A stretch of DNA of 64,000 nucleotides from the NCBI GenBank assembly GCA_002401955.1, contig NVUQ01000006.1:19061-83060 (forward strand). Reading direction: 5' to 3'. The first letter of the stretch is position 1. Every line of letters starts with the position of its first letter. Below, in pieces: positions 1 to 9,735 of the stretch. The translations under genes were made by a program, and so were the position numbers. The notes under the pieces were generated by a model. That model was not told where the DNA came from. It saw only the letters and a program-made list of their open reading frames with translations, and made no database searches. Source of the DNA: Flavobacteriales bacterium (GTDB taxonomy: Bacteria; Bacteroidota; Bacteroidia; Flavobacteriales_E; Vicingaceae).

Positions 1-850
1 CTACTTTTCTAACCTTAATTTTACCTCTGGCATTAGCCTTTAAAATAGAATCAATCAACTTGTCTGTTGTTGTTCCAAAAGGTATTTCGGTTATTTTAAG
101 CGTTCTTTTATCTTCTTGACCAATTCTTGCTCTAACCTTAATCTTTCCACCTCTTAAACCATCATTATAAGCAGACATATCTGCCATTCCTCCGGTTAAA
201 AAATCAGGGTAGATAATAACTTTTTTTGTTCCTCTTAAAATCTTAATAGAACCATCTATTAATTCACAAAAATTATGTGGTAAAATCTTACAAGCCAATC
301 CTACAGCAATTCCCTCAACACCTTGTGTTAAAAGCAATGGAAACTTAACGGGTAATGTTTCTGGCTCTTTATTTCTTCCATCATAAGAAGTTAACCATTT
401 TGTTGTTTTAGGATTAAATACAACTTCTAAAGCAAACTTGGTTAGCCGTGCTTCAATATACCTAGGTGCTGCAGCTCTATCTCCTGTGTAAATATTCCCC
501 CAGTTTCCTTGGCAATCAACCAATAAGTCTTTTTGCCCTACTTGTACTAGAGCATCTCCAATAGAAGCATCTCCATGGGGATGGTATTTCATTGTATTTC
601 CAATAATGTTCGCTACTTTATTATAACGCCCATCATCCATCTCTTTCATAGAATGTAAAATTCTACGTTGTACTGGTTTTAATCCATCATTTAAGTGCGG
701 AACGGCTCTTTCTAAGATTACATAAGAAGCATAATCTAAAAACCATTCTTTGTACATCCCAGAAATCTGAATAACATTTTCCAAATGATTATCCTCATTC
801 GCCTCGTTATCAAATTCTTCGTCCCTTTCTATGTTATCTTCTTCACTCAT
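1..850 (-). CDS. parC: DNA topoisomerase IV subunit A (GyrA/ParC family), N-terminal part, open at window start
   Basis: Own translation of the minus strand from ATG at 850: MSEEDNIERDEE...GLKPVQRRILHSM...YHPHGDASIGDALV...QGNWGN...AAPRYIEARL (catalytic Tyr context). It is absent from the ORF track because it is open at the edge. parC rather than gyrA is inferred from linkage to a ParE-type B subunit. Confidence 0.85.
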   Translation of the reverse strand, partial: MSEEDNIERDEEFDNEANEDNHLENVIQISGMYKEWFLDYASYVILERAVPHLNDGLKPVQRRILHSMKEMDDGRYNKVANIIGNTMKYHPHGDASIGDALVQVGQKDLLVDCQGNWGNIYTGDRAAAPRYIEARLTKFALEVVFNPKTTKWLTSYDGRNKEPETLPVKFPLLLTQGVEGIAVGLACKILPHNFCELIDGSIKILRGTKKVIIYPDFLTGGMADMSAYNDGLRGGKIKVRARIGQEDKRTLKITEIPFGTTTDKLIDSILKANARGKIKVRKV

Positions 851-1652
851 TTTTATTCTGTGATATTAAATTTATTAAGGAAAGATACTTCTCACATTCC
901 TCAGAGCGATAATTATTGGTTTGAGATTTTTCAAAATCAGTCACCGCATCCTCATATAGCTTAATATTAAACTTACAAACTCCATTGTAATATATAGATT
1001 TGTTCTTCATTTTCTCAGAACCTTCAGCCTTACTAAAACAACATATTGCATCATAATACTTATTTAAATGCATACTAATCAATCCCAAGTTAAAATAAAC
1101 CTCCTCAATACCAGCATTATCTTCATCACAGTTTTGCAACAACGACAGCTCAGATTTTGCCATTTTAAAATCATTCTTATGAGCCTTAGCTTTTCCTTGA
1201 TTAAATATTCTTACTAAAGCCAAATTGTTATATGCAGGCAAGAAAGAAGAGTCTAATTTTATACATTTTTTATAATCTGTTAAAGCCAATCTATAATTAG
1301 CAATATCCATATATGTATTACCTCTTAAAAAATACGCTATAGGAGCCTTAGGGTTTAGAGCTATAGATTTGTTTAAATATTGGATTGCATTTTTTAAGTT
1401 TTGAATTTGCCTTTCACCATAGGCCTGAAAGAGAATGCCGTCATAAAAATCACCATCTTTTTTCATCTTTTTTTTAAGCAACTTCAAACCGTACTTGTAA
1501 TTACCATGTTCAAATGCCATCACCGAATGATTAATTACATCTAGCTGACCCTTCTCTTCTGTCGTAACAAAATCTAATAATTGCTTAGCATTTTGAGCAT
1601 AAGAACAAATGCTCATCAAAGAAAATAATATAACAAAAAAGTACTTCAACAT
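843..1652 (-). CDS. secreted tetratricopeptide-repeat protein
   Basis: 269-aa ORF with an N-terminal signal peptide (MLKYFFVILFSLMSICSYAQ) and repeated TPR-like A..Y/A..A..L motifs. It overlaps parC by 8 nt and the upstream ORF by 1 nt (TAATG). Confidence 0.6.
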   Translation of the reverse strand: MLKYFFVILFSLMSICSYAQNAKQLLDFVTTEEKGQLDVINHSVMAFEHGNYKYGLKLLKKKMKKDGDFYDGILFQAYGERQIQNLKNAIQYLNKSIALNPKAPIAYFLRGNTYMDIANYRLALTDYKKCIKLDSSFLPAYNNLALVRIFNQGKAKAHKNDFKMAKSELSLLQNCDEDNAGIEEVYFNLGLISMHLNKYYDAICCFSKAEGSEKMKNKSIYYNGVCKFNIKLYEDAVTDFEKSQTNNYRSEECEKYLSLINLISQNKNE

Positions 1653-2077
1653 TAAATAATATTAAATCGGACTGGTATTGCGTACTGAACTTTTATTGGT
1701 TTTCCATTCAAATAACCAGGATCCCACTTCGGCATGTTCTTTACAATTTCTAAGGCCTTTTGATCTAACAATTCATCCTCTCCATCTATAACTTTCGCAT
1801 CGATAATTGATCCATCTACATCAATTGTAAATCCAACAGAAATTGGAACATACTGATTCTTGTGTTCCTTCAAAAATTTCTCTTTATCAAAACCTTCTGG
1901 AAGTGTAACATTCTCATCCAAATAATCATAAAAAGCATTATTCCCTCCAGGAAACTGTGGCATTTTTTGTTCTACTTTTTTAGTCTGTTCATAATTAATA
2001 TTGGATGCAGGATTCTGAGAAAACCCTTTAAAAAAAAGAGTGATTAGCAACGATCCAATAATTACTTTCATCTTCAT
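1652..2077 (-). CDS. TonB C-terminal-domain-like periplasmic protein
   Basis: 141 aa with a signal peptide. QMPQFPGGNNAFYDYL...KPIKVQYAIPVRF resembles the TonB_C fold proteins common in Bacteroidota. Confidence 0.6.
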   Translation of the reverse strand: MKMKVIIGSLLITLFFKGFSQNPASNINYEQTKKVEQKMPQFPGGNNAFYDYLDENVTLPEGFDKEKFLKEHKNQYVPISVGFTIDVDGSIIDAKVIDGEDELLDQKALEIVKNMPKWDPGYLNGKPIKVQYAIPVRFNII

Positions 2078-2082
2078 TATTC

Positions 2083-3957
2083 TTATTTTTCTACTTCTGA
2101 CTCAATCACTTCTTCTTCAATGTCTTTTTCAACCTTCAGATTTTCAATAATAAACTGTTGTCTATCAGGTGTATTTTTACCCATGTAAAAATCGAGTAAC
2201 TTCTGTATTGGAGTTTCAGGACCAATAACTACTGGTTCTAATCTGATATCATCTCCAATAAAGTGCTTAAATTCACTTGGAGATATCTCTCCAAGCCCCT
2301 TAAATCGTGTTATTTCTGGTTTACCTTTTAATTCTGCTAAAGCATCTTTCCTTTCTTGATCAGAATAGCAATAAATTGTTTTTGATTTATCTCTAACTCT
2401 AAACAAAGGTGTTTCTAATACTTGTAAATGTCCATTTTTAATAACATCTGGAAAAAACTGTAAAAAGAACGTAATCAATAATAATCGAATATGCATTCCG
2501 TCTACATCTGCATCAGTTGCAATAATGATATTATTATATCTTAAATCTTCTACCCCTTCTTCAATGTTAAGAGCTGCCTGCAACAAGTTAAATTCTTCAT
2601 TTTCGTAAACAATCTTTTTTGTTAATCCATAACAATTTAAAGGCTTCCCTTTTAAGCTAAAAACGGCTTGCGTGTTTACATTTCTTGATTTTGTAATAGA
2701 ACCAGATGCAGAATCTCCCTCTGTGATAAAAAGCATTGTTTCTACCTTTCTATCATCATCTTTAACATCGTTGTAATGTACTCTACAATCTCTTAATTTC
2801 TTATTGTGTAAGGCAGCATCTTTTGCTCGTTTCTTGGCAATTTTTTTAATTCCTGCCATATCCTTACGTTCACGTTCAGACAGCATTATCTTACGTTGCA
2901 AAGCTTCCGCTACTGCTGCATTTTTATGTAAGTAATTATCTAATTCTTTTTTTAAGAAATCAGTAATAAACGCACGCATTGAAGGTCCATTAGGACCAAT
3001 TTCTGTAGAGCCTAATTTTGTTTTTGTTTGAGATTCAAAAATAGGCTCCATTACTCTTACACTGATTGCTGCAACAATAGAAGATCGGATATCTGCCGCA
3101 TCATAATCTTTACCATAAAACTCACGAATTGTTTTTACCAATGCTGTTCTATATTCGGTTTGATGCGTTCCTCCTTGAGGTGTGTATTGTCCGTTTACAA
3201 ACGAATAATATTCTTCTCCATAAGCTTGTGTATGGGTAATAGCTACCTCAATATCATCTCCTTTTAAATGAATAATAGGATAAAGTGGTTCGTTTGATAA
3301 ATTTTGAGACAATAAATCTTTTAAACCATCTTCTGAATGGATTTTTTCTCCATTAAAGTTTAAGGTTAATCCTGTATTTAAGAAAGCGTAATTCCACAAC
3401 AACTTCTCAACATGTTGTGTCCTATACTGAAATTTCTTAAAAACTTCTTCATCAGGAACAAAGGTCATTTTAGTTCCTTTTCTTAAAGATGTTTTTTCAA
3501 TTTGTGAATCAATGGTTAGATCTCCTCTTTCAAATTCTGCTTTTTTAAGCTCTCCATCCCTAACCGATTCAACAACAAAGTAGCTCGACAATGCATTTAC
3601 AGCCTTTGTTCCTACTCCGTTTAATCCTACAGATTTTTGGAAAGCTTTACTATCATACTTTCCTCCAGTATTCATCTTAGACACACAGTCTACCACTTTT
3701 CCTAAAGGGATTCCTCTTCCGTAATCTCTTACTTTAACAACCTTATCTCTAATACTAATATCAATGTTTTTTCCGTGTCCCATTGCATATTCATCAATGG
3801 AATTATCTATCACCTCTTTTAATAAAATGTAAATACCATCATCATAAGCAGCACCATCACCAAGTTTACCGATGTACATACCAGGTCGCATACGGATGTG
3901 TTCCTTCCAGTCTAAGGAGCGTATATTGTCTTCATTATAAATTGGTTCTTCAGCCAT
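2083..3957 (-). CDS. parE: DNA topoisomerase IV subunit B (GyrB/ParE family)
   Basis: 624 aa. GHKL ATPase motifs ([25 protein letters not shown]), Toprim [11 protein letters not shown], and [17 protein letters not shown]. The short C-terminus is typical of ParE-type subunits. Confidence 0.85.
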   Translation of the reverse strand: MAEEPIYNEDNIRSLDWKEHIRMRPGMYIGKLGDGAAYDDGIYILLKEVIDNSIDEYAMGHGKNIDISIRDKVVKVRDYGRGIPLGKVVDCVSKMNTGGKYDSKAFQKSVGLNGVGTKAVNALSSYFVVESVRDGELKKAEFERGDLTIDSQIEKTSLRKGTKMTFVPDEEVFKKFQYRTQHVEKLLWNYAFLNTGLTLNFNGEKIHSEDGLKDLLSQNLSNEPLYPIIHLKGDDIEVAITHTQAYGEEYYSFVNGQYTPQGGTHQTEYRTALVKTIREFYGKDYDAADIRSSIVAAISVRVMEPIFESQTKTKLGSTEIGPNGPSMRAFITDFLKKELDNYLHKNAAVAEALQRKIMLSERERKDMAGIKKIAKKRAKDAALHNKKLRDCRVHYNDVKDDDRKVETMLFITEGDSASGSITKSRNVNTQAVFSLKGKPLNCYGLTKKIVYENEEFNLLQAALNIEEGVEDLRYNNIIIATDADVDGMHIRLLLITFFLQFFPDVIKNGHLQVLETPLFRVRDKSKTIYCYSDQERKDALAELKGKPEITRFKGLGEISPSEFKHFIGDDIRLEPVVIGPETPIQKLLDFYMGKNTPDRQQFIIENLKVEKDIEEEVIESEVEK

Positions 3958-4096
3958 ATATTAATTCTCTGAATTTGAATGCTAAAATTAAATATAAAAG
4001 AACTCTTCACTAAGGTTCTCAGTAAAGGTTTTTAAGGTATTTATTAACAAGTTTTTCGATTGATTATTGATGATTTATTATTGAATATTTTTCCTC

Positions 4097-4612
4097 TCAC
4101 TTATAACCTACTTTATTTCTTGGAACTTCTTGCTCTTTGACAAACTGTTTTAAATAATTAAAAATAACGTCAATCTTTTCATCTTGTCCCGACACTTTTT
4201 TTCTAATCTCTTCCATTTCGAGTAAAAGGTCTTTATGGGTAAGAAGCATATTTCTCATTTTAACAAAAACCTCTATTATCTGAATACTCATTTGAGTTGC
4301 TCTTCCACTTTTTAAGACATTAGCTAGCTGCAAAACTCCGTGCTCAGTAAAAACATAAGGTAAAGAACCACCTAAATGCTGTTTGGATGGTATCGCATTT
4401 TGCGATACCATAACATCCACTTCTTCTTTTGTTAGCTGAAACATGAAATGGTTTGGGAATTTCTCAACATTCCTTTTAACTTGCTCTCTCAACCGAATTG
4501 CCTTCACACCATAAAGCTCTGCCAAATCTCTATCCAACATTACTTTCTCATCTCTAATTTTGTAGATTTTACTACCGATTATTTCTTCTGGAATTGCAGC
4601 TACATCATTCAT
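4097..4612 (-). CDS. ORF6N (KilA-N/Bro-N-like) DNA-binding domain protein
   Basis: 171 aa. KIYKIRDEKVMLDRDLAELYGV...LREQVKRNVEKFPNHFMFQLTKEE matches the ORF6N domain as I recall it. It starts 1 nt after the stop of the XRE-S24 gene. Confidence 0.7.
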   Translation of the reverse strand: MNDVAAIPEEIIGSKIYKIRDEKVMLDRDLAELYGVKAIRLREQVKRNVEKFPNHFMFQLTKEEVDVMVSQNAIPSKQHLGGSLPYVFTEHGVLQLANVLKSGRATQMSIQIIEVFVKMRNMLLTHKDLLLEMEEIRKKVSGQDEKIDVIFNYLKQFVKEQEVPRNKVGYK

Positions 4613-4613
4613 G

Positions 4614-5405
4614 TTAATTGATTTCCAACTTAGAAATTCGCTGTTTTAGATCTTTCAATTCAATACCAACACTTCTCATTAAACTTAAAATGTTAGAAGG
4701 GTTTAATTCATCTTCTTCATATTGTCCAATACATAAGTTCAGTTTAAATTGCCATATCTCCATAATTTCTGAAGTATGAATGGTATAAGGTTGGTAAGCT
4801 TTATTATCTGAAGAAAGTGTTAAATAACCGCTATCTAATTGACCTGTAAAAACACGTTTATACACTAAACCATCATCTTTAGTTAAAATAATGTAGCAGA
4901 AATTGTTTTTTACATTATTTGGATTCTCCATATATTCTGCCACTACAACATCTCCATCTTTTACCCAAGGGTGCATTGAATCTCCTTTAATAGGAAAAGC
5001 TCGATGCTTACCTGTTGGTAAAAAGTCTAAACTCATAATTGGCAAATCGGCAATAAACTCCGTATCAGAATACCCTTGTAAATAACCTGCAGAAGCTTCT
5101 TTAGTAACAACTTCTATCACATTTTCATTATGTTCATCTACTCGCATCGGAAACAATACACGCTGATTACCAATATCAATAAAAGTATCATCCTCTGCCA
5201 AGGTTAAATCATTCTTAACTAAAGCATCTATCGGAATTTTAAAAAAATCTGACAACAGTATTAATGTATCAATTGGAGGTTCTGAACGACCCTCTTCATA
5301 AGAACCCACTCTAGATTTAGAAATATCTACTTCTATTGAAAATTGTTCTTGAGTTAATGTTTTTAAACTTCTTAAATGCTTGATGTTTTTTGCTATCTTT
5401 CCCAT
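4614..5405 (-). CDS. XRE-family HTH plus S24 (LexA/CI-like) peptidase-domain regulator
   Basis: 263 aa. The N-terminal HTH is IKHLRSLKTLTQEQFSIEVDISKSRVGSYEEGRSEPPIDTLILLSDFF. The C-terminal S24 part has the Ser motif KGDSMHP and the Lys motif LVYKRVF. Confidence 0.8.
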   Translation of the reverse strand: MGKIAKNIKHLRSLKTLTQEQFSIEVDISKSRVGSYEEGRSEPPIDTLILLSDFFKIPIDALVKNDLTLAEDDTFIDIGNQRVLFPMRVDEHNENVIEVVTKEASAGYLQGYSDTEFIADLPIMSLDFLPTGKHRAFPIKGDSMHPWVKDGDVVVAEYMENPNNVKNNFCYIILTKDDGLVYKRVFTGQLDSGYLTLSSDNKAYQPYTIHTSEIMEIWQFKLNLCIGQYEEDELNPSNILSLMRSVGIELKDLKQRISKLEIN

Positions 5406-5446
5406 AACTACAAATATAAGTCAAATAATCTACTTTTTGTAGTTAT
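5404..5446. promoter_or_regulatory. perfect 11-bp inverted repeat ATAACTACAAA-N21-TTTGTAGTTAT, candidate operator or 5'-UTR hairpin of the XRE-S24 gene
   Basis: Read directly from the sequence: the left arm 5404..5414 overlaps the start codon (5403..5405 on the minus strand) and the right arm is 5436..5446. Confidence 0.45.
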
Positions 5447-5566
5447 TTTTAAAAAAGATTGAAAACAATACAATTATGGAGCAATTTATAAGGCAGGTAA
5501 AGTCAATTTCAAGTAAAGAATAAATTCTTTAAAAATGAATATAAAATTCTATCTTTGGTTGCTAGC

Positions 5567-6028
5567 ATGCTTGAATTATTAGAAATAAAACAACAACTCC
5601 ATTCTAAATGTTTTGAGATTGCTCAACAGAGAGTGATGAGTTTAAGCACCATAATCCAAGAAGCCCAAGATGCAGCTAACAACGAAACTAAAAGTAGTGC
5701 TGGAGATAAACACGAAACAGGTAGAGCAATGGCTCAGCTAGAAACCGAGAAACTAACTAAACAGCTATCTGAAGCAATAAAATTAGAGCAAGTTATCAAC
5801 CAAGTAAATCCAAAATTAAAACATAAAATTGCAGCTTTAGGAAGTGTAGTTATTACCAACAACGGTATTTTTTACATTACTGTTAGTTTAGGTAAAATAG
5901 AAATAGATAAGCAAACTTATTTTGCCATCTCTCCCAAGTCTCCTATTGGAAAACTATTAATTGGTTTAAAAGAAAAAAATAGTTTTTCTTTTAATGGAAG
6001 GGCTTATAGCATAGAAAAAATAGTTTAA
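5567..6028 (+). CDS. GreA/GreB C-terminal-domain-like protein
   Basis: Trimmed from the TTG at 5555 to the first ATG. It has a coiled-coil N-terminus with KSSAGDKHETGRAMAQLE, and a C-terminal ISPKSPIGKLLIGLKEKNSFSFNG resembling the GreA C-terminal FKBP-like domain. Confidence 0.55.
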   Translation: MLELLEIKQQLHSKCFEIAQQRVMSLSTIIQEAQDAANNETKSSAGDKHETGRAMAQLETEKLTKQLSEAIKLEQVINQVNPKLKHKIAALGSVVITNNGIFYITVSLGKIEIDKQTYFAISPKSPIGKLLIGLKEKNSFSFNGRAYSIEKIV

Positions 6029-6118
6029 GCAGACAAAAAAAATACTTGTCTTATTCATTCAAAAACCGTAACTTAGTTTCGTAATGAGATGTGATTATTA
6101 ATCATTAAATTAAGTAGG

Positions 6119-6550
6119 ATGAAAAATATATTGGTCACTATTGATTTTGATAAGGGAGTAAATCTCATAATCAATAAATCAGTTGAGTTAGCAGAGCAAT
6201 TTAATTCAAAAATTTGGTTAATGCATATAGTTGCCCCAGACCCTGAATTTGTAGGTTACGGAGTTGGCCCACAATATATAAGAGATTTTAGGGCAAAAGA
6301 CATTAGAAAAGAACACCAATTACTTCAGAGCTACTCTGATGAATTACAAAAAAAAGGAATAAATACAGAAAGCTTATTAATACAAGGTCCAACTATAGAA
6401 ATGATAATTGATGAATCAAAAAAGTTAGCTATCGACTTAATTATAGCCGGACATCATGAGCATGGTTTTCTCTACAATGCTTTTGTTGGCAGCACTTCTG
6501 GTGAAATTATAAAAAAATCAAAAATACCTGTACTTATTGTACCTTTCTAA
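6119..6550 (+). CDS. universal stress protein (UspA family)
   Basis: 143 aa. MKNILVTIDF...IIAGHHEHGFL...GSTSGEIIKKSKIPVLIV is the typical Usp ATP-binding fold. Confidence 0.75.
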   Translation: MKNILVTIDFDKGVNLIINKSVELAEQFNSKIWLMHIVAPDPEFVGYGVGPQYIRDFRAKDIRKEHQLLQSYSDELQKKGINTESLLIQGPTIEMIIDESKKLAIDLIIAGHHEHGFLYNAFVGSTSGEIIKKSKIPVLIVPF

Positions 6551-6723
6551 TTAAAAGAGAAGGGATATTTCTTTTTTAATGATAGATTTTCTATTCTTGA
6601 ACCCTTGTTTGATAAAATATAACCAACTGTTTTTCAGATTCTAAAGCAGATTTAAGGTACCGTAATTACTTGTTTATTTTCATCAAAATAATATCCATAT
6701 CTAAAAAATCGTATTTTACAACA

Positions 6724-7338
6724 ATGAAAAAAACACTATTAGCATTGTCCTTACTAATTTCAATCGCTGTATTTTCTCAAGAAAATACAGCTTATATTTC
6801 TAAGCTCAATAATCATAGAGCAGAAGCAAATAAAGAGTTTGGTGATACTGCCACATCTATTTTACCAGACAAAATGGTATTAGAAGAGTTTAAACATTTA
6901 AACTATTTTGAACCGAATCCAAAATTTAACGTCACAGCTAAATTTAAAAAAGAGTTAGGCAAAGAATTTAACATGACCACCTCTTCTGGAAAACTTAAAA
7001 AATACAGGCAATACGGAATTCTAAGTTTTGATATTGATGGGAAAAATTATAAGCTTCCTATTTATCAGAGTATAAGGTTAATGAAAATGGAAAAATACAA
7101 AGATCATGTTTTCATTCCTTTTACAGATTTAACCAACGATGAAGAAACTTATGGTGGCGGCAGATATATTGAAGCCAACCTACCAACTGAAGATACTTTT
7201 AACTTAGATTTTAACTATTGTTTTAATCCCTATTGTCATTACACCACAGGTTACAACTGCCCTATTCCTCCAAAAGAAAACTTTTTAGACCTTAGAATTG
7301 AGGCTGGCGAAAAGAAGTTTAAAGATGATGAACATTAG
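6724..7338 (+). CDS. DUF1684-family protein, secreted
   Basis: Trimmed to the ATG that precedes the signal peptide MKKTLLALSLLISIAVFSQ. YGGGRYIE...FNYCFNPYCHY...CPIPPKENFL matches the DUF1684 signature as I recall it. Confidence 0.7.
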   Translation: MKKTLLALSLLISIAVFSQENTAYISKLNNHRAEANKEFGDTATSILPDKMVLEEFKHLNYFEPNPKFNVTAKFKKELGKEFNMTTSSGKLKKYRQYGILSFDIDGKNYKLPIYQSIRLMKMEKYKDHVFIPFTDLTNDEETYGGGRYIEANLPTEDTFNLDFNYCFNPYCHYTTGYNCPIPPKENFLDLRIEAGEKKFKDDEH

Positions 7339-7365
7339 GCACAACAAGCGTTTTTAATAAACTAA

Positions 7366-7401
7366 AAAACCTTCATCTATAAATTAACAGATGAAGGTTT
7401 T
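7366..7401. terminator. stem-loop AAAACCTTCATCT / AGATGAAGGTTTT
   Basis: A 13-bp perfect inverted repeat lies between the DUF1684 gene end and the rnpB 3' end. The flanking T/A runs are short. Confidence 0.5.
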
Positions 7402-7409
7402 AAAATACA

Positions 7410-7770
7410 AATCTATAAGCCAGATCCTGTCGAGTTCTATCATTTATCTAGGAATAAAGTTGCCCTTATCCTCCAACAATCTACCCTCCAAGTTCCGATA
7501 GCTATCGGAAGGGCGAGAAACCCTCAATTCTTGGTTTATTTGATTTTTCAGCTCCGAAGGTTTACCTAGCTTACAAAATTACTCTTGTAACTGGTGAGCT
7601 CTTACCTCACCTTTTCAGCTTTTCCGTATAAATACGGTAGTCTATTTTCTATTGCACTAGCTGTTATTCCTCAATCTCTTTTAGAACACCCTAGCTTTCG
7701 CTAGGTCGGATTCTCTGTGCTGCCCGGACTTTCCTCTCCAAAACAAGTTTAGAGCGATAGAACGATTTGC
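7410..7770 (-). ncRNA. rnpB: RNase P RNA, bacterial type A
   Basis: The minus strand reads GAGGAAAGTCCGGGCAGCACAGAGAA (plus 7722..7734 = GCCCGGACTTTCC), then GAAAAGGTGAGGTAAGAGCTCACCAG, and ends with 3' ACAGGATCTGGCTTAT (plus 7415..7430). A P1-like pairing CAAATC/GATTTG is seen at the ends. Ends are approximate to about 10 nt. Confidence 0.85.
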
Positions 7771-7779
7771 TTTGCAAAA

Positions 7780-8343
7780 CTATGAATTCTTAATGAATAC
7801 TTCTGTAGCTCCAGAGCCATATTCTCTAAAATCAGCTTCTTTTATGGTTAGATAATCAAATCCTGCTAAATAATTATGGAGTTCTGTTTTTAAAACCCCT
7901 GTTCCTACTCCGTGTATAAAAACTATTCTTCTTATATTTTTTTTCATTGCTGAACTCAAACAATTTTTAACATGCTGCATTTGTGTATGTAATTTTTGCC
8001 AGTCATCCAATTTAGCAGGAAATTCAACCAACCGTTCTAAATGTAAATCAACTTCGATTACACGACCCACTTTATATTTACTTGAGTTTGTGTATTTACT
8101 TAAAAAATCGGATTGTGATTTTTTTTGTTGCTTCGAACTAATTTTAGTGGTAATCTCAACTTCATCCACACTGTATTTTAACTCGTTATTTTCTCCAACA
8201 ATTATAATCTCATTAATTGAAACGTTACGATCAAACCCATCAGAACAACTAACCACAAAACTGCTATCAGAAATAATAGATTTTATTTCTCCTTCAAGGT
8301 TTTCATTGATAAATTTCACTTTATTTCCTATACTCACTTTCAT
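7780..8343 (-). CDS. Smr (MutS2-related small nuclease) domain protein
   Basis: 187 aa. The C-terminal VDLHLERL...IRRIVFIHGVGTGVLKTELHNYL is a Smr domain motif. Confidence 0.7.
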   Translation of the reverse strand: MKVSIGNKVKFINENLEGEIKSIISDSSFVVSCSDGFDRNVSINEIIIVGENNELKYSVDEVEITTKISSKQQKKSQSDFLSKYTNSSKYKVGRVIEVDLHLERLVEFPAKLDDWQKLHTQMQHVKNCLSSAMKKNIRRIVFIHGVGTGVLKTELHNYLAGFDYLTIKEADFREYGSGATEVFIKNS

Positions 8344-8419
8344 AAGCTACAAAGGTAAATTATTTTGATTTAAAAAATCAATTCGTATATTTAGGAAATC
8401 ATTATTAATTCGTCATTTT

Positions 8420-9685
8420 ATGAAAAAAATATACATTCTTACAATTACAATTTTAGCAACAATTAACATTTCTGCCCAATGCAACGGAAGGTATCAAACT
8501 GATATATATCCAAACGTTAGTGTTACTACTGTTCAATACGGAAGTAATACAGATCTTGTTCCTCAAACAGTAAATTTAATGATGGACATTTATCAACCAA
8601 CTGGTGATACATCTACTAGTAGACCTCTTGTAATTTTAGCACATGCAGGTTCTTTTAGTGGCGGTGATAAAGGAGATCCTGATATGGCATATTTCGCATC
8701 AGAACTTGCTAAAAAAGGATATGTTTGTGCTTCTATAAATTATAGGTTAGCCCCAAGCTCATTTTCTTTAATTGTTGAACAAACTACTGTAAAAGTAGTT
8801 TTTATGGCTGTACAAGATGGTAAAGCTGCTGTCCGTTTCTTTAGACAAGATGCTGCAACAACAGATACATATAAAATTAATCCTGATCAAATATTTTTTG
8901 GAGGAACTTCGGCTGGTGCTATTCTAGGTATTAACCTCAGCTACCTAGATGATCTTTCTGATTTACTAACCCTTCCGAATGGTGCCAACTGGCAAACATG
9001 GTTAAATCAAGTAGGAGGAATAGAAGGTGTAAGTGGTAATCCTGGTTATTGTTCTAGAACAAATGGTGCTTTTGGTTTTGCTGGAGGAATTGCTGATACT
9101 GCATGGATAGACCCTGATGATGTGCCTTGGTACGGTTCTCACGCTCTTACAGATGCAACTGTTCAATATGGTTATGGACAACCTTTAAATGGATTTACAC
9201 CAGTATATTTATATGGTAGTGGTTCTATGAATGACAGAACGAATACCACAGGTACTTATCATCATTTAGATCAATATGCTGGAGGTGATCATCCACCTTT
9301 TATTAACTCAGCATCAATTATGCAAAATAATAAGGATAGTCTAGCTACTTTTCTTTATAACATTCTAGATTGTAACCCTAACAACTTACAAAAGCCTACT
9401 CAAAAAACTTGCTCTAATACTGTTAGCATTACTGATGTTCAACATAAAAATTTAGATGCGAGTATTTATCCTAATCCTTTTAATGATGAGTTAACGATAG
9501 AGCTAACAAACAAGGCTAAAAACACTACCATTTCAATTATAAATACACTTGGAAAAGTGGTGAGCAAGCAAAATGCTACGAGTTACATTAACAAACTTAG
9601 TTTAGCAAAGCTGCCTGCAGGAATCTATTTTGTTGAAGTTTCTACAAATGAAAGTTCTATTACTCAAAAAGTAATTAAGAGATAG
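8420..9685 (+). CDS. alpha/beta-hydrolase (esterase-like) with T9SS C-terminal sorting domain
   Basis: Signal peptide; LVILAHAGSFSGGDK and GGTSAGA (GxSxG) esterase motifs; C-terminal SIYPNPFNDELTIEL...GIYFVEVS typical of a T9SS type-A CTD. Confidence 0.7.
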   Translation: MKKIYILTITILATINISAQCNGRYQTDIYPNVSVTTVQYGSNTDLVPQTVNLMMDIYQPTGDTSTSRPLVILAHAGSFSGGDKGDPDMAYFASELAKKGYVCASINYRLAPSSFSLIVEQTTVKVVFMAVQDGKAAVRFFRQDAATTDTYKINPDQIFFGGTSAGAILGINLSYLDDLSDLLTLPNGANWQTWLNQVGGIEGVSGNPGYCSRTNGAFGFAGGIADTAWIDPDDVPWYGSHALTDATVQYGYGQPLNGFTPVYLYGSGSMNDRTNTTGTYHHLDQYAGGDHPPFINSASIMQNNKDSLATFLYNILDCNPNNLQKPTQKTCSNTVSITDVQHKNLDASIYPNPFNDELTIELTNKAKNTTISIINTLGKVVSKQNATSYINKLSLAKLPAGIYFVEVSTNESSITQKVIKR

Positions 9686-9703
9686 TTTAAATAAAACTGA
9701 AGT

Positions 9704-9735
9704 AAAAACACTCTTAGCAATAAGGGTGTTTTTTT
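9704..9735. terminator. imperfect stem-loop between convergent genes
   Basis: AAAAACACTCTTA..TAAGGGTGTTTTT with flanking A/T runs. Confidence 0.45.
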
